64,000 bases of DNA from Glaucostegus cemiculus (lineage: Eukaryota). Shown here in pieces: positions 61,616 through 64,000 of this stretch (positions within the stretch are counted from its first letter, which is position 1; every line of letters starts with the position of its first letter). Under the pieces are notes generated by a model, which worked only from the letters and a program-made list of their open reading frames with translations, was not told the DNA's origin and did not search any database. The stretch is taken from positions 1 to 64,000 of the forward strand of contig CDPCPM010000793.1 in the NCBI GenBank assembly GCA_976551045.1. The letters run 5' to 3'. The position numbers and the translations under genes are program-made.

Positions 61616-62920
61616 TGCTATTGAACATTGAGATAATGGGTTAGCAGAATTAGTGTGAGATAGGATACAAACTCTAGTTCACGAGAATTGGCCAGGAGAT
61701 CACTTTTTTCTGAAAATACAGAAAATAAAGTTAAGGGTTTCAGTATAAGATGGAGTGTGAAAGGTGTGGGAAAAGATTGAAGCTGGTTATCGCTATGATG
61801 GTGAGGAATGGAATTAAGAAGATTATTTTGGTATATAAAGCTGGAGAAATTAAGCCCCTTGATTTACCTGGCAGACAACAACTTGGAATTGGTGACAGAA
61901 GTACAAATTTGAGTTGGGGACAAAGATAATGGTTTTGGTCTTCCTAATGTTTCACTTTAAGAAATTGCCTCTGAACAAGACTGGATGCTAACTGGGCAGT
62001 CTGACATGACACAGGGAGTTGAAAAGTTAAGAAAGGGAGAGCGTTATTGTACCTGTGGAAGCTCATTCCATCATGGGGCCAAGAAGTGGCATGAAGTGGC
62101 ATGAGGAGGTGGCCAACATGGTTTCCTCACAGAATTGCAGAGGAACAGTTGGAAGATGTAATTGCAGAAAATGCCGTAAATACAGATCAATTCAGAAGAG
62201 TAGAAATGGGTAAGTGTAATCACACTTAGATGAATGGAAGAGGAAGTTTCGGTGAGCAAACATTATAAAAAGTTTCAAAAGGTGAGAAGGATGAAGTGCC
62301 CTTGTAACATTGCTTCAGGCCATTTCAAAACTGTCATTTGGATGGGAAAGAAAGACTTTCCCTTAAACCATCAAAGCACCATTGGATTAGTGGGAAGGGT
62401 AAAAAAAAGGAAATGTCAGAGGAAAGAATTCACCCAGTAGGTCAGATACAATATGAATAAGAAACAGTAGCTCATTCCAGCAATTACTTGAATAATCATC
62501 CACAACTGATTGTGTAAAGCAAAAACAATACTAATGTTAGAAGCACAAATTCAGATTAAAGGCATGAAATGCTTGCCATTATTTAGACCTGGTTGCAAGC
62601 TAGGTTCAATTGGATAGACATATTACAGGCCGTGGGATCTTTAGAAAGGATAGAAACATCAGGAAGAAGAGGGAATAGCATTATTCATCTTTTTAAATCC
62701 ATTTCCCACTGTCACAGAGATAACCTGCTTCAACACTCATAACAGTTTCCTTTTCCACACCTTTCACATGCCATCTTATACTGAAACTCTTAATCATCTG
62801 TTATTTCAAAAAAATCCAGTGGTCTCTCGGCCAACATTCTGTCCTTTGCTCTCATAAACTAGAGTTTGTATCCTGTCCCACACTAATTCTGCTAACCAAT
62901 CATCTCTATGCTCAATAGCA
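61616..62920. repeat. ~180-200 bp diverged inverted duplication (61616-61791 vs 62719-62920)
   Basis: GGTTAGCAGAATTAGTGTG.GA.AGGATACAAACTCTAGTT and TTTCAGTATAAGATGG..TGTGAAAGGTGTGG occur on + in the first copy and as reverse complements in the second. Confidence 0.85.
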
Positions 62921-63559
62921 GGATGAAAGACTCTGGGAGAAGTCAAGGGGCCTGACAATAATGTACAGTGGGGATGTACAAATACTGGAATTAGGGAAGT
63001 ACGTGGCACAATGAATATAGTGGCAGAGTTTAATGTTCACAGAGACGTGGACTCAGAAACAGCTTGAGTGAAGAAGACATGAGATTTTTAGAATGCATTT
63101 GAGACCATTTATATTTTAGAATTTTATATTTTAGAACCATCAAGGGAACAGATCATACTACCTTCAGTTAATATGACTTCCATAGGAGATAGAGTAAGGC
63201 CTGGAATTATAGTACAATTAGCTTAATGTCGGTGATCGGTGAAAGATGCAATAGAAAAAATATCTGGAAACTGACAATATAATTACGAGTGTATAGGAAC
63301 GTTCAAAAAGGAAGGTCATGTTCAAATGAACACTGAATTTTTTTGAATAAGTAATGGAGTGACTAAGGGTATTATCGTAGAGGTTGAAACTCCCTAGTCC
63401 GGCATTCTGTGATATGTTAACCCTTTTTTTGCATTGGTATTCACTGTGGATTACACTGCAAATATCCAGATGATAACAGATGGGTTAGTTTTCAATAGCA
63501 TGAAAGAACTTATAAAAGTACCAATTAAGGGACAGAGTATTAGAAACACTCACTGGACT

Positions 63560-64000
63560 AAAGGCAGACAAGCCAGCAGGATCTGATGACCTGCACACAA
63601 GGGCTTTACAGAAAGTGCCAGCAGAGACAGAGGACTCTTTGGTTGAAGTTTTTCAAAACTCACTGAATTCTGGGAGGGTACCAGTGGATTTAAAATCAGC
63701 AAATGTGACTTCCTTGCTCAAGAAAAGAGGAAGATGAAGGGCAGAAACTGCACATCAGTTAGTTTAATATCTGTTGTTGGCAGAATGCTGGAGTCAATGA
63801 TTAAAGAAGAAAAAGCTCATAATTTGGCAAAGCTTAATCTAAGCAAACCAAGTCAACATGGTTTCATGAAAAGCAAATCATGTTTGACAAATTTGTTTGA
63901 GTTCTTTCAGGATATAACAAGCAAAGTGAATAAAGGGGATCTGTAGAAGTGATGTATTTGGATTTCCAAAAGGCATTTGACAAGGTGGCACATTAAGGTC
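63560..64000 (+). mobile_element. CR1-like LINE reverse-transcriptase fragment (runs off window)
   Basis: VSLISVVGRMLESMIK..SQHGFMKSKSCLTNLFEFF..YLDFQKAFDKV.H, with stops/frameshift. Confidence 0.9.

Noticed and set aside
1-64000. Prokaryote-type systems (CRISPR, operons, defence islands) or exons of neighbouring genes
   Set aside because: The sequence is vertebrate genomic DNA with a spliceosomal intron and SINE/LINE relics. No repeat-spacer arrays or additional coding exons were recognised.

Overview
Eukaryotic DNA from a vertebrate. The repeat families (HE1/V-SINE-, DeuSINE-, CR1-, Rex1-, Tx1- and Penelope-like) point to a cartilaginous fish, possibly a batoid; this is an inference. The window holds one real protein-coding gene, ONECUT1 (HNF6), on the minus strand. 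It has two coding exons (35787-34680 and 26873-26581; 466 aa, CUT domain plus F48/M50 homeodomain) split by a 7.8-kb phase-1 intron. A probable ~6-kb 3'UTR ends near 20500. The gene sits in a ~30-kb block (~20.5-50.7 kb) with no recognisable transposons and visibly more CpG than the TE-rich flanks. Best findings: ten miR-9 seed sites interleaved with let-7 sites in the predicted 3'UTR; a consensus REST/NRSF RE1 element in the intron; an 18-Gly tract just before the CUT domain; a second GC island ~10 kb upstream; and several nested, inverted or hairpin TE structures in the flanks. Almost all other ORFs in the track are spurious or TE relics. I found no new protein-coding system. All counts were made by eye, and TE boundaries are approximate.
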